64,000 bases of DNA from an uncultured Chitinophagales bacterium. Lineage in GTDB: Bacteria; Bacteroidota; Bacteroidia; Chitinophagales; BACL12. Each line of letters begins with the position of its first letter. The first letter of the stretch is position 1. Below the pieces are notes generated by a model. That model made no database searches. It was given only the letters and a program-made list of their open reading frames with translations, and was not told where the DNA came from. The stretch is from the NCBI GenBank assembly GCA_964463165.1, contig CAYXBK010000016.1, positions 13,402 to 77,401 of the forward strand, in the 5' to 3' direction. Positions 53,549 to 63,982 of this stretch are shown one piece after another. Made by a program: the position numbers and the translations under genes.

Positions 53549-56500
53549 TTAGAAATTAAGTGTTAAATGGCCATAATAACGTTTCGCAGATGGAAACGGA
53601 TTTACTTCAATACCTGTTGAGATACCGGTTGTTCCGAAATTCGAAACTTCAGGATCATAACTTGCATAATCGAAGAAATTTAAAAGGTTATAACCAGATA
53701 CACCCAGTTTCACTCCTTTCAAAAAATTATTTGTACTGCTTTGTACTTTTTCAGCATTCAATGTATAATACAAACCGATTTCCCTTAAGCGCACATATGA
53801 TGCATCCTGAACAAACGTAGATGCAGTTACGCCAATGGATGTTAATCTGTATAATCCATTTGAATATGGTTCCGGTTGTCCGTATGTATATTCATCGAAA
53901 TCAGGGCTCGTTCCAAAAATATCAGAAAGTAATTGTGTGAGGTTTACGTTGTCTCCGCCTTTTTTCCAATGAATTAAAAAGCTGAGGCTCCAGTTTGCAT
54001 AGCTGAGTTCTTCAGAAAAAGACATTTGGAAATCAGGTTCTGCATCACCGAATACATCAAGTCCTGCTGGTAAATTATCACCGGTTTTATCCAGCTCAAA
54101 TAAATTATCAGGATTTCCGCTTGCATCAACCGGTGCAATTCCAACAAATTGTGTTGCACTTGCTCCTTCCTGAATATAATAAGTACCTAATGTTGTTCCG
54201 AATGAACCGACCGCAAATTCAGGAATATCCAGACGTGTTACTTCAGATCTGTTCATCCAGAAATTAATATGCGAATACCAGTTGAATTTTTCCTTATCGA
54301 TGATTTCTGCACCAAGGCCTAATTCAACACCTTTGTTTTGTAAGTCTGCTGCATTCGTTACCTGCGATGTGAATCCTGAAGATTCAGGTACCTGTGCAAT
54401 CAATAATAAATCTGATACTGTTTTAATATAATATGTTGCTTCAACAGTTAATCTGTCGTTCCAGAAACCGAGATCAGCACCGAATTCCAATTCACTCTGG
54501 CGTTCAGGTGCAACTTCCGGATTTCCTCTTTGTGTATTGATTAAGGATCCTGCAAGGCCACCGATATTTGTTCCGCCGAGTGATGTAAATGCAGAACCGA
54601 ATGGAGCAAAGTTTCCGGATTGTCCGTATGCAACACGCAATTTTGCAAAATCAAAATCCGTCATATTCCAGAAATCAAATTCACTTAATGTTAATGCAAG
54701 AGATGCTTTCGGATAAAAATATAATTTATTCGGATCGCCGTTGTTGGAAGATTTATCTCCGCGAACACCAAGTGTGATATACATCTGATCATTCATATTT
54801 ACTTCTTCCTGAACAAATCCGCCGAGGTCGAGCTGTTTTGCAATAAACTGATATGTGCTTACGGCGCCTGCCTGGTTCACATTTGTTTGCGAACCGATTA
54901 ATTCTGTTGCAGTAATAATGGTTGTATTTCTGTCGAATTGCTCGCGGGTCAAACCGGCTTGTGTGCGGAAGGTTAATCCGTTTGCACCATAAAAAGTATG
55001 CACAAGAAATGCAGACTCATTATTATTGAAATTATATGTTGTGCCCTGAATGGATGCACCATTTGTTCCGTTACCATTTTTTTCAAATTGCAGATCACGC
55101 GGGAAAATTGCAGTGGTGCGCAAATTATAAAAATCAATTCCGCCCTGTAATGTTAATTTCAGAGATTGATTATTTGTTGTGAAGATATCAGCCACGGCTG
55201 ATCCTCCGCCGATATAACGATCCACCGCTTCATTATTTGTAATTAAAGCTGCTGTTTGTAAAAAATTGGATGCACTGTACGGATTATCCGGATAATTACC
55301 GAGTGCATCGGGATGCAATTCGGCCCAGGATGGAGTTGCCACCATTGAAATACTCATGGTGGTTCCTGTATTATCATTATTGAAAAATCCTCTGTCGGCA
55401 CTGGATTTAATATAATTATTGCTGATGTTCAGTGAAATTTTATTATTCACTTTATGATCAATATTTAAACGCAATCCGGTTTTTTCATAACCTGTATTCG
55501 GAACAATTCCTTCTTCAGATTTAAATGAACCACTTGCATAATAGGAAGTTCTGTCGCTTCCGCCTGCAACCGATAATCTTGAATCTGATAAGAGTCCGGT
55601 ATTGCCGAATAATTCATCTTCATAATCATATAATTTTCCGGCGGCTTGTGCTGCTTCAAAATTTGCAACTTCACCGGGACCATAAAATGCTTCAACATTT
55701 TCGCTTGTCCATGGTCGTGTGCCTTGCGGATTAATTATTTGTGTTGCACCAATGGACTGAGAGAAACTGATATTTGCTCCACCACTTGTTTGCTTACCGC
55801 GTTTTGTTGTGATGATAACAACACCACCCGCAGCACGTGAACCATAAATTGCCGCAGCAGATGCACCTTTTAATATTTCTATACTTTCAATATCACCCGG
55901 ATCAATATCCGCGATCCTGTTTGATGGATTATCCTGATCAAATTGTGCCTGGCTTCCACCTGCTGCTGCAGCAGAAACAACGTTTAAGCCGGCAGCAACT
56001 GTTGAATTATCTACATACACTCCATCAATAATAAATAAAGGTTGAGCAGGTGCATTGATGGAAGTGATACCACGCATTCTGATGCCGATACCTCCTCCCG
56101 GTGCACCGGAATTGGATGTGATCTGCGCACCCGGAAATTTTCCATAAAGTGCTCCGTCCAAAGTAGATTGTGTTGTGGTTCCGTTTATTGATTCGGAAGA
56201 AATCGTAGCAACGGAATTTGCAAGGTTTGTTCTTTTCACTGAAGTTGCCAAACCCGATATCACGACTTCATCGAGTGTAGACGTCGATTCTTCAAGTGTT
56301 ACATTTACGGTTCCTGCTGAGCTTACTTCTTTCTCGAGTGATTTGTATCCGAGATATGAATAAATAAGCGTTGCAGATGCACCGGAAATTTGAACGGTGT
56401 AATTTCCATCAATATCTGTTACGGTACCGTTTGCTGTATTTTTTACGATCACTGTAACACCGATCAATGGTTCGCCCTTGGCATCTGTTACTTTTCCAGA

Positions 56501-56584
56501 TACGGTAAATTGCGCCATCATGCTGAAGCTTGTGATGGTGAATGCAATAAGGGCCAATAAGAACTTAGGTAGATAAAATCTCAT
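53549..56584 (-). CDS. susC: SusC/RagA-family TonB-dependent receptor
   Basis: CarboxypepD_reg N-domain (VSGKVTDAKGEPLIGVTVIVK..TDIDGNY), TonB box DEVVISG, plug and barrel, and a terminal F. The ATG at 56584 (MRFYLPKF) is preferred over 56623. Confidence 0.9.
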   Translation of the reverse strand: MRFYLPKFLLALIAFTITSFSMMAQFTVSGKVTDAKGEPLIGVTVIVKNTANGTVTDIDGNYTVQISGASATLIYSYLGYKSLEKEVSSAGTVNVTLEESTSTLDEVVISGLATSVKRTNLANSVATISSESINGTTTQSTLDGALYGKFPGAQITSNSGAPGGGIGIRMRGITSINAPAQPLFIIDGVYVDNSTVAAGLNVVSAAAAGGSQAQFDQDNPSNRIADIDPGDIESIEILKGASAAAIYGSRAAGGVVIITTKRGKQTSGGANISFSQSIGATQIINPQGTRPWTSENVEAFYGPGEVANFEAAQAAGKLYDYEDELFGNTGLLSDSRLSVAGGSDRTSYYASGSFKSEEGIVPNTGYEKTGLRLNIDHKVNNKISLNISNNYIKSSADRGFFNNDNTGTTMSISMVATPSWAELHPDALGNYPDNPYSASNFLQTAALITNNEAVDRYIGGGSAVADIFTTNNQSLKLTLQGGIDFYNLRTTAIFPRDLQFEKNGNGTNGASIQGTTYNFNNNESAFLVHTFYGANGLTFRTQAGLTREQFDRNTTIITATELIGSQTNVNQAGAVSTYQFIAKQLDLGGFVQEEVNMNDQMYITLGVRGDKSSNNGDPNKLYFYPKASLALTLSEFDFWNMTDFDFAKLRVAYGQSGNFAPFGSAFTSLGGTNIGGLAGSLINTQRGNPEVAPERQSELEFGADLGFWNDRLTVEATYYIKTVSDLLLIAQVPESSGFTSQVTNAADLQNKGVELGLGAEIIDKEKFNWYSHINFWMNRSEVTRLDIPEFAVGSFGTTLGTYYIQEGASATQFVGIAPVDASGNPDNLFELDKTGDNLPAGLDVFGDAEPDFQMSFSEELSYANWSLSFLIHWKKGGDNVNLTQLLSDIFGTSPDFDEYTYGQPEPYSNGLYRLTSIGVTASTFVQDASYVRLREIGLYYTLNAEKVQSSTNNFLKGVKLGVSGYNLLNFFDYASYDPEVSNFGTTGISTGIEVNPFPSAKRYYGHLTLNF

Positions 56585-56711
56585 AGGCAGTGGTTTTAGA
56601 CAGCAAGTGTAAATATTATTCATGGAGTATACAATTATTTAGTAAAAAATTTAAACAAATGTCACCATATATATATTGACATGAATCGGGAAGGACTGTA
56701 AGAATCAACCC

Positions 56712-57773
56712 TTAATGAATTCCGGCTTTATCGAGCGCCTGTATATAGAGTTGTCTGTTCCGGTTATGCTCGGCGAGTGTTTTGGCAAAATAATGATAAC
56801 CCGAACCATCGCCTCTGGCGCACATAAATTTATAGTCATGATGTTCATAGTTCAGCACCGCATCAATATATGCGATGGGCGGCATATGGATCGGCCCGGG
56901 AGGCAATCCGTAATTTTTATATGTATTATATGGTGAGTCGATTTCAAGGTCGGTCAAATAAATTCTTTTTTTTGCAAAATCACCTATTGCAAATTTTACC
57001 GTTGGGTCGGCTTCCAGTTTTTCGTTGTCAAGAATCCTGTTCATATAGACACCCGCAATTCGCGGTGCTTCATCGGCTGCTTTTTCATTTTCAGAATACA
57101 CAATGGATGCAAGAATATAAACCTGTTCGGGGGTTAATCCTATTTTCTTTGCCTGCGCTGTTCTTTTCTCCGTCCAAAATGCATCATGCTCTCTTTTCAT
57201 GCGTTGAATAAAATTTTCTGTGGTGCTTGTCCAATATAATTCATATGTGTTTGGAATAAAGAGCGTCATGAAATTATCTTTTGTCAAACCGAGTTTTGCA
57301 AAAACAGTACTCGTATCAAAATATTGCATGAAGTCTGCTGAATCGGGTTCGAGTTGCTCACCGATCCTTGCGGCGAAATCCGTTTTTGTTCTGATATTAT
57401 TGAATGTAACATTCACGGGTATTTGCCTGCCGCTTCCGAATAAATTCACCAGGTCGCGGTTGCTCATTCCATTTGTAACTAAATAATGCCCTGGTTGCAG
57501 ATGTGTATCAAGATGGCGTTTCGCAGCCCACCATAAAAATGCATCTGGATCTTTGAGAAGATTATTTTCCTTTAATTGCTCGAAAAGAGTATTGAGGTCA
57601 TCCTTTGAAGAAATATATACATCGCCTTTTTGCTCGCCGACGGAAACATTTGAAAGCATAATTTTTTTATACATCCCGTAGCCAAGTATTGCAGCGACGG
57701 CAATTACTAATACGATGCACAATAAAATTATTTTGACGATTTTCCTTTTAAAAAACGGGCGGCGCTCAGGCAT
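56712..57773 (-). CDS. mltG: Endolytic murein transglycosylase MltG (YceG-like)
   Basis: One N-terminal TM helix and the YceG motifs (ASIVYSE, YNTYKNYGLPPGPI). The ATG at 57773 is preferred over the longer ORF. Confidence 0.85.
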   Translation of the reverse strand: MPERRPFFKRKIVKIILLCIVLVIAVAAILGYGMYKKIMLSNVSVGEQKGDVYISSKDDLNTLFEQLKENNLLKDPDAFLWWAAKRHLDTHLQPGHYLVTNGMSNRDLVNLFGSGRQIPVNVTFNNIRTKTDFAARIGEQLEPDSADFMQYFDTSTVFAKLGLTKDNFMTLFIPNTYELYWTSTTENFIQRMKREHDAFWTEKRTAQAKKIGLTPEQVYILASIVYSENEKAADEAPRIAGVYMNRILDNEKLEADPTVKFAIGDFAKKRIYLTDLEIDSPYNTYKNYGLPPGPIHMPPIAYIDAVLNYEHHDYKFMCARGDGSGYHYFAKTLAEHNRNRQLYIQALDKAGIH

Positions 57774-57864
57774 ATATTCCCAAAAATAAAGGATAAGTGG
57801 TATAAAATAAAAAAAGCCCCGATTCGGAGCTTTTCCTGCTATCTTACCTACCATTCAAAATTTC

Positions 57865-58245
57865 TTATGCAGCTTTTGCATTTATGACAAGCGTATAATG
57901 CGCTCCTTTTTCCGTACAATTTTTTAATTGTGCGCCTTCCAGTTTTTGGCGGATATAAAATTCAAATAAATTATCCTTTGTTACCACTTGTTCAATATGA
58001 ATTTTATTTTCATCCGTAATGGTAAATGTCACCTGTGCCATACTCGTCAGTTCCATTTCTTTCAACGCAACTTTATCATTCACAAGCCCGGTTACTTCCG
58101 TATATAAATTTTGCGTATCGCCGCAATCAGGAGCTTCGGGTGTGAAAGCAGACAAAGAAATAAATATCGCACCTGAAGCCGACAATGAAAGAATTAATGT
58201 AAGGGCGGTTAAAAGATTTTTCATAATTGTATTTGTATTTTGCAA
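57865..58245 (-). CDS. Small secreted protein, paralogue of 58426-58773
   Basis: A signal peptide, and VTFTITDENKIHIEQVVTKDNLFEFYIRQKLEG aligns with the neighbouring gene. Confidence 0.5.
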   Translation of the reverse strand: MQNTNTIMKNLLTALTLILSLSASGAIFISLSAFTPEAPDCGDTQNLYTEVTGLVNDKVALKEMELTSMAQVTFTITDENKIHIEQVVTKDNLFEFYIRQKLEGAQLKNCTEKGAHYTLVINAKAA

Positions 58246-58425
58246 AATTGCCGGAAATGTTTCCTAAAATGCGATAAGAAAAATTAATCTTATCAGCTGA
58301 TTTGTTAATTCTTGTTTCGGGATTTTAAATTAAACTGCTGTTTGGTTAATGTTTATTAATCTCCGGAAGATTTAAAAAAAGCCCTCTTTGTTTCGAGGGC
58401 TTTTGTTGCAACCGGATGGATGACA

Positions 58426-58773
58426 TTATTCCGGCTGCACAGCGTTCATGATAAACGTAAATGTTTTACCTACTATTGATTCTGTTACTGATAATTTCAT
58501 TCCTTCGAGAGCTTTGCGAATATGATATTCAAGAAGAAAATCATTTGACTGCACTTCACTGATATGCACATATCCTTCTGCGTCAACAGTGAAACTTACA
58601 TCAGCCTGGCCGTTGATTCCAAGTTCGGTTACAACATCATCAGCACATATCTGGCTGCTGACATCATTAATTACCTGTTGGTTTTCAGTTGAAGCAGCTG
58701 CAGATTTAGTTTCAGTGCCTGCATAACTATTCAGGGAGATTGCGATTGCGATTATGGTTAAAAGCGATTTCAT
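58426..58773 (-). CDS. Small secreted protein, paralogue of 57865-58245
   Basis: A signal peptide and VSFTVDAEGYVHISEVQSNDFLLEYHIRKALEG. A hairpin GCCCTC...GAGGGC lies downstream near 58381-58402. Confidence 0.5.
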   Translation of the reverse strand: MKSLLTIIAIAISLNSYAGTETKSAAASTENQQVINDVSSQICADDVVTELGINGQADVSFTVDAEGYVHISEVQSNDFLLEYHIRKALEGMKLSVTESIVGKTFTFIMNAVQPE

Positions 58774-58871
58774 AATAATATTTTTTATTGGTTTAGTTAT
58801 TTATTTTCTTGTGTTACGAACATAAGTCGCAGAGCTCCGCATAAAAGTTACAGGATTGCGAAAATAATTTG

Positions 58872-60119
58872 TTAAGACTTCGTTAAAGCGCCCGCATTGC
58901 GACTGAAATACAGGCCCAGCAAGGAATTGAAGAAAGCATAAAATACAACGCCGCTTTGCGTTTTGAACATCGACTCGGTAAAAATATTGATGAGAAACAA
59001 GAAAAGAAAGATGAAATAGATGGAGTTCTGCTGCCCGATGGCAAACCTGACGGAGTAGATCATCACAAAGAGAAACAGCGCAAAGCCGATCAGGCCTGTT
59101 TCAATGATCGTCTGCAAATACTGGTTATGCGCATTGTAGCGTTCCTCCACTCCTTTTGTGAAATTGTTTGTAGCATACTGATCGACCAGATACTGTTCGG
59201 CATCACCTGAACCAACACCAGTAAATAAATGGTCACCGGAAATTTCCAATCCGCTTTTCCAAATTTCCTCCCGCGAATCGGTGCTGTTTGCATAATCCAC
59301 CTTATTATAGGTAAACAACATCAGAAAACGCTCACGTGTTGTGGGAAGAGAGAGGATCAATAGCAGGCCCGCTGTTAAAATGGCGATCAAAAAACCAATT
59401 GTTTTTATTTTACCATACACCGGAACAAGTGCTAGATATAACAGGATGCACACTAAAATAAAGAGTGATAAAATCGCCATTTTGGATGAAAGCAGAAAAA
59501 TAAAAAATGCCAGAAACAAAATGGTGCTGATATGCAGCAATTTAAATTTGCGGGGAGATTGTTTCCAAACCTGTAATAAATTGAAAAGCAAAAACAGCAA
59601 TGCAAATACTTCGAACATTGCAATATAGGATGGATGGATGAATGTGAATTCTACCAGGTCTGTATAAAAAAAATGATTCACTCCTTCCGTAAAATAATCG
59701 TAGGATGCTTTTGAAAGTGCGGCTATTGCAAATAAAAAACAGGAAATAACAAAGCAGCGGATAATCAGTAGTATTTCTTTTTTTCGCAAATCGATATAAG
59801 CACCTAATATAATTGGGATGAGGGCGATGGATATTTTTACCTGGAGATCTCTTGCAGCGAGTTCTTTATTTGCAGATAACACATAACCGAAGAGTGCAAT
59901 GAGGTACAAAGAAGCAAATACAAATATCGACCGGTTGTTTTTGAGCCGCTGCCATTTCGCCGGAAAATTTCCGGTACATATTGCGATAAGCGCTGCAAGT
60001 GTGAGCAGCGGTGAAGGCAATACTTTATGAAACGGCAATACAAGTGCAACCGCACATAAAAGCCCGATAAATATTTTTTCGGCAAGATTTCTTTTGGTGA
60101 TTGTTTGCTTCGGCTCCAT
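58872..60119 (-). CDS. O-antigen ligase/polymerase-like (Wzy_C) membrane protein
   Basis: ~10 TM helices and YNAHNQYLQTIIETGLIGFALFLF, typical of the Wzy_C domain. Confidence 0.75.
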   Translation of the reverse strand: MEPKQTITKRNLAEKIFIGLLCAVALVLPFHKVLPSPLLTLAALIAICTGNFPAKWQRLKNNRSIFVFASLYLIALFGYVLSANKELAARDLQVKISIALIPIILGAYIDLRKKEILLIIRCFVISCFLFAIAALSKASYDYFTEGVNHFFYTDLVEFTFIHPSYIAMFEVFALLFLLFNLLQVWKQSPRKFKLLHISTILFLAFFIFLLSSKMAILSLFILVCILLYLALVPVYGKIKTIGFLIAILTAGLLLILSLPTTRERFLMLFTYNKVDYANSTDSREEIWKSGLEISGDHLFTGVGSGDAEQYLVDQYATNNFTKGVEERYNAHNQYLQTIIETGLIGFALFLFVMIYSVRFAIGQQNSIYFIFLFLFLINIFTESMFKTQSGVVFYAFFNSLLGLYFSRNAGALTKS

Positions 60120-61540
60120 CAGGTACCCTTAAATTTAAGGATAACGGCGATTGTTTTAAAAATGATCTGCAGATCAAGCAGCAATGAACGGTGTTTGATA
60201 TAATATAAATCGTATTGTAATTTGATTAGCGAATCATCTACATCGGCAGCATAATAATGTTTTACCTGTGCCCATCCGGTTAATCCGGGTTTCACCGTAT
60301 TACGCAAATTAAAGAAAGGTATTTTCTTGCTCAGCTCTTCCACAAAATAAGCACGCTCGGGACGCGGGCCGATCAGGTTCATTTCCCCTTTCAGAATATT
60401 AATAAATTGCGGTAATTCATCCAGCCGGGTTTTACGCAAAAATTTCCCGACGGTAGTAATGCGTTCATCGTCTTTCGTTGCGAATTGCGGTCCGGAATGT
60501 TTTTCTGCATCAACGATCATGGTCCGGAATTTTATAATGCGGAATAATTTTCCGTTTTGCCCGACCCGTTCCTGCGTATAAAAGAGCGGCCCTCTGCTGA
60601 AAAGTAAATTGCTGATCCAGACAAATGGAAGCACAATTAAAAAAAATACTGCAGCCAGCAAACCGCAAAATAAATTCATCACGCGGTTGATAAGCAAATA
60701 AAAATTATCCGTATGCAAAATGCTGTATGGATTTGTCAGATAATAAATTCCCGCTTTATCTTTTACCATGAGTTTACCGGTGAGCTCCTCGTACAATTCT
60801 GTTGCCTGCACAATTATTATCCCGCTCTGCTCGCATGCAACGATCTGCGCATAGAGTTTTCCGGAAAGGTTTTCCTGTTCAGGAATTGCAAGTATGATCT
60901 CATTTACATCCAGCCTCCTTGCAAATTTTGTAAGCCGGTCGCTGTTGCCGAGCACTTTTACTTCATCATAAATTTTATTGTGCTTTTCAACATCCTCATC
61001 GATGTACCCGTAAATTTTATATGCGGTGCGGTGATAGATTGCCTGATCGTGCAATAAGGTACGCACAATTTCTCTTCCTGTATATCCGGCACCAATTACA
61101 AGTGCTTTTTTATTCAGGATCGGATGACTTAAAAAGAGAGCATAACATAAACGCCATATCAAAACAAGAATAACGATCGCAGCAATTAATACAAATGCGG
61201 GGAAGCGGTTCTCGGGTAGTGTGGGACTTAAAAAGGGAATAAACAAATATGTGATACCGGTTAATAATGCCGTGAATGCGGTATTGCGAATTGTGAGATA
61301 AATCCGGTCGACATTTGCGAGTTTATATAAATTAAAAATATAACTGTAAAAAAACCAGAGGGCAACTATTAATAATACCCATAGTATATTTTCAAGGAAT
61401 GTATGGTAATTATTTAATGCGGATGGATGAAAGAATTTCAAATACACAAATAAGGCCGCAAGAATGAGCATTACATCCACCACGATCAGGACATACCGCC
61501 TGAATAAAAACCCGAAATCGTATTTCTTTTTTACTGCCAT
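60119..61540 (-). CDS. Undecaprenyl-phosphate sugar phosphotransferase (WbaP/exopolysaccharide-initiating bacterial sugar transferase)
   Basis: N-terminal TM helices, a central Rossmann-like segment (VIGAGYTGREI) and a C-terminal Bac_transf domain (LDELPQFINILKGEMNLIGPRP, KPGLTGWAQV). The start at 61540 (MAVKKKYDF) is preferred. The longer ORF to 61696 reads through a heptamer repeat. Confidence 0.8.
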   Translation of the reverse strand: MAVKKKYDFGFLFRRYVLIVVDVMLILAALFVYLKFFHPSALNNYHTFLENILWVLLIVALWFFYSYIFNLYKLANVDRIYLTIRNTAFTALLTGITYLFIPFLSPTLPENRFPAFVLIAAIVILVLIWRLCYALFLSHPILNKKALVIGAGYTGREIVRTLLHDQAIYHRTAYKIYGYIDEDVEKHNKIYDEVKVLGNSDRLTKFARRLDVNEIILAIPEQENLSGKLYAQIVACEQSGIIIVQATELYEELTGKLMVKDKAGIYYLTNPYSILHTDNFYLLINRVMNLFCGLLAAVFFLIVLPFVWISNLLFSRGPLFYTQERVGQNGKLFRIIKFRTMIVDAEKHSGPQFATKDDERITTVGKFLRKTRLDELPQFINILKGEMNLIGPRPERAYFVEELSKKIPFFNLRNTVKPGLTGWAQVKHYYAADVDDSLIKLQYDLYYIKHRSLLLDLQIIFKTIAVILKFKGT

Positions 61541-61626
61541 TCTCAAACTCCATCGCAAAAATAAGGGATTGGACTGAGGATGCGTGATGAGGGGTGAGTA
61601 GTGAGTGGTGAGAACTAAAGTTTCAA

Positions 61627-61694
61627 ATACCTGATACCTGATACCTGATACTTGATACCTGATACTTGATACCTGATACCTGATACCTGATACC
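61627..61694. repeat. Heptanucleotide tandem repeat (ATACCTG, 9 full units plus a 5-nt partial unit; two ATACTTG variants)
   Basis: Counted directly from the sequence. It lies in the 221-nt divergent intergenic region between the WbaP-like gene and the DUF2911-like gene. Confidence 0.95.
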
Positions 61695-61761
61695 AAATCC
61701 CATTTACCGGCACCGGCCCACGTTCCTTGATTCTTTCTTAATTTTGCAAAAAAAATATTTT

Positions 61762-62613
61762 ATGAAAAAAATTACGCTATTGGTTATTTCATTCATTACC
61801 GTCTTCACATTACAAAGCACGGCGCAGGATCTGAACTTACCGCAGCCGAGCCCATGGGCACAGGTTTCACAAAAATTCGGGATGGCAAAAGCCACCATTA
61901 CATATTCAAGGCCGGGAGTGAAAGGCAGAAAAATATTCGGCAATGTTGTTCCTTATGGTGAAATATGGCGTACAGGTGCAAATCAATGTGTGCTGCTCCA
62001 GCTGGAAGGAAATGATATTATGATCAACAATGTAAAGATCAATGCCGGTACTTATTCATTATTTACAATTCCGGGTGAAAATGAATGGACCATCATCATC
62101 AATAAAAACACCGAATTATGGGGAACAGGTGGTTATAAACAGGAAGAAGATGTGATGCGATTTACAGTGAAGCCATCTGTAAATACAATGACGGAATCAT
62201 TTACAATTGATTTTGCTAATGTGAAAGATAAAAGCACAACTGTTCAGCTTTATTGGGAAACGACGAAAGTAAGTTTTGATATCACAAATGATTATATCAA
62301 TGAAGGCATGAAACAAATTGAAGAAGCGATTGCTGCAGCAGAAAATACAATGGGTTTATACAATGATGCTGCTGAATATTATCTCGATAATAATCTCGAC
62401 TCAAAACTCGCACTGGAATGGGCTAAAAAATCGGCCGCACAAAAAGAAAAATACTGGAATTTATATACACTGGCCCGTGCATATGCTGCAAATGGAATGA
62501 AGAAAGAAGCAATTGAAACAGCGAATAAATCTCTTACACTTGCAAACGAAGCGAAAAATACCGGATTTGCTCTTACAATTTCCAAAAGCCTGGATGAATG
62601 GAATAAAATGTAA
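61762..62613 (+). CDS. DUF2911-like secreted protein with a C-terminal TPR-like helical domain
   Basis: A signal peptide is followed by PSPWAQVSQKFGMAKATITYSRPGVKGRKIFG..VPYGEIWRTGAN, the DUF2911 pattern. The ATG at 61762 is preferred over the TTG at 61744. Confidence 0.7.
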   Translation: MKKITLLVISFITVFTLQSTAQDLNLPQPSPWAQVSQKFGMAKATITYSRPGVKGRKIFGNVVPYGEIWRTGANQCVLLQLEGNDIMINNVKINAGTYSLFTIPGENEWTIIINKNTELWGTGGYKQEEDVMRFTVKPSVNTMTESFTIDFANVKDKSTTVQLYWETTKVSFDITNDYINEGMKQIEEAIAAAENTMGLYNDAAEYYLDNNLDSKLALEWAKKSAAQKEKYWNLYTLARAYAANGMKKEAIETANKSLTLANEAKNTGFALTISKSLDEWNKM

Positions 62614-62640
62614 AACAGAATTTGTTTTAATGAATGCATA

Positions 62641-62672
62641 AAAAAAAGCTGATCAAATGATCAGCTTTTTTT
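62641..62672. terminator. Bidirectional terminator between convergent genes
   Basis: A7-GCTGATCA-aa-TGATCAGC-T7. Confidence 0.75.
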
Positions 62673-62722
62673 GTATAATTTGAAAGCAAATAAAGATGCA
62701 GCAATTAAAATATTCAGTACTC

Positions 62723-63982
62723 CTAATCCATTAATCCTTTAACATTTTCAGCGGTATTGATAAAACTGAATCCGATTCCCCAGTAAAGCGGTTTTTCAGG
62801 AACATTTAAATTCCAGCCGCAATTCAGAAATACCTGTTCGTTTAATAACCCGACGACAAACCCTGCGCCTACCTCTACATTCTGATCTGTCTCAAAATCG
62901 AGAAATGTGCTGTTCACGCCAAGCGACGGCCTTAAAAATGTGCCGATACCTTTCTTGCCGTATTTACTTCCGTCGTATTGCCAGAGAATGGAAAAACCGG
63001 GTTCAATTTTAAAATGCGATGCGGTTGTATTTGGTAAAAATGATTCGCGGTCGCGATCCACAAACAAAACAGATTCGCTCGCCGTAAAATCCCAGCCCCT
63101 TGCAAGTATTTTATATTGCCCGATCGGAAACCGCTGCGATTTTTCACTTTTGGTGGAAGTTGACCCATACATATGATTTGGTTTGGTCCAGACGAGGTAA
63201 AATCTGATCACATCATTTTCCTGCGCATCAGCGGCGGTGAGAGAAATATGTGCAGTTACAAGGTCGTCGTATAAATAATTTTTGATCTGGGTCTTTAAAT
63301 CATCATCACTATTTTCATCTATTGGAAGTAATTCAATGATATTATATAATTCATGATCATATTCTTTGAGATAAATCGGGATTGAATCATCCTTCGTGTC
63401 TGATGAACTAAACCTTTCATTATAGAAACGCAACCGCAGAAGGCTTTTGTAAACTGACAAAAATGTGTAATGATCAATTTTAATGCTATTGAGGAATACG
63501 TCATAAACTTCTTCTGACGAATCCTTTAATGCTTTGTAATAGCCCATCTTCTCTAAAGCATCTTCTAATGATTGTCGAGCCTCTTTAATTTCCTGTACCC
63601 TGTACTCGGTGATTGTATCTTTAATTGAATTTTTGCCCACAATAATAATATCCCTCATTTCTATTAATTCATCCTGAAATTCCTTAATCGTGTAATTATC
63701 AAAATTATTGATTAATTCATAATATATGCTTTCATTGATATACGGTTTGAGATAAAATTTCAGACTATAAAGTAGGTTCTCAGGATAATAAGAATTCTCA
63801 GAGTTTTTATTCTTTTCAAACGTTTCCCTGAATTTTTTGGTTTCGCTGGAATCCGCAGTCATTTCCTTGTATTGCCGGATAGTCCCGTCTATAAAATCAA
63901 AAAGGTCGTCAAAATCCGTGATGCTATAATAACTATCATACGAATAGTTAAATGAATAATCATTATAAATAAGCTTGTTCAT
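62723..63982 (-). CDS. Hypothetical protein with a beta-rich C-terminus
   Basis: 419-aa ORF with no motif recognised. Confidence 0.45.
   Translation of the reverse strand: MNKLIYNDYSFNYSYDSYYSITDFDDLFDFIDGTIRQYKEMTADSSETKKFRETFEKNKNSENSYYPENLLYSLKFYLKPYINESIYYELINNFDNYTIKEFQDELIEMRDIIIVGKNSIKDTITEYRVQEIKEARQSLEDALEKMGYYKALKDSSEEVYDVFLNSIKIDHYTFLSVYKSLLRLRFYNERFSSSDTKDDSIPIYLKEYDHELYNIIELLPIDENSDDDLKTQIKNYLYDDLVTAHISLTAADAQENDVIRFYLVWTKPNHMYGSTSTKSEKSQRFPIGQYKILARGWDFTASESVLFVDRDRESFLPNTTASHFKIEPGFSILWQYDGSKYGKKGIGTFLRPSLGVNSTFLDFETDQNVEVGAGFVVGLLNEQVFLNCGWNLNVPEKPLYWGIGFSFINTAENVKGLMD

Noticed and set aside
61627-61694. A tandem repeat as a possible CRISPR array. The same question was asked of the 14-mer array at 9661-9769.
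   Set aside because: The units are 7 and 14 nt with no spacers of CRISPR size, and no cas genes are in the window.
61541-61696. N-terminal extension of the sugar transferase reading through the heptamer repeat (MVSGIRYQVSSIRYQVSGIRYQV...)
   Set aside because: The peptide periodicity is just the 7-nt repeat read in frame. The conserved transferase architecture begins at MAVKKKYDF (61540) with its first TM helix. It is kept only as a possibility in the phase-variation finding.
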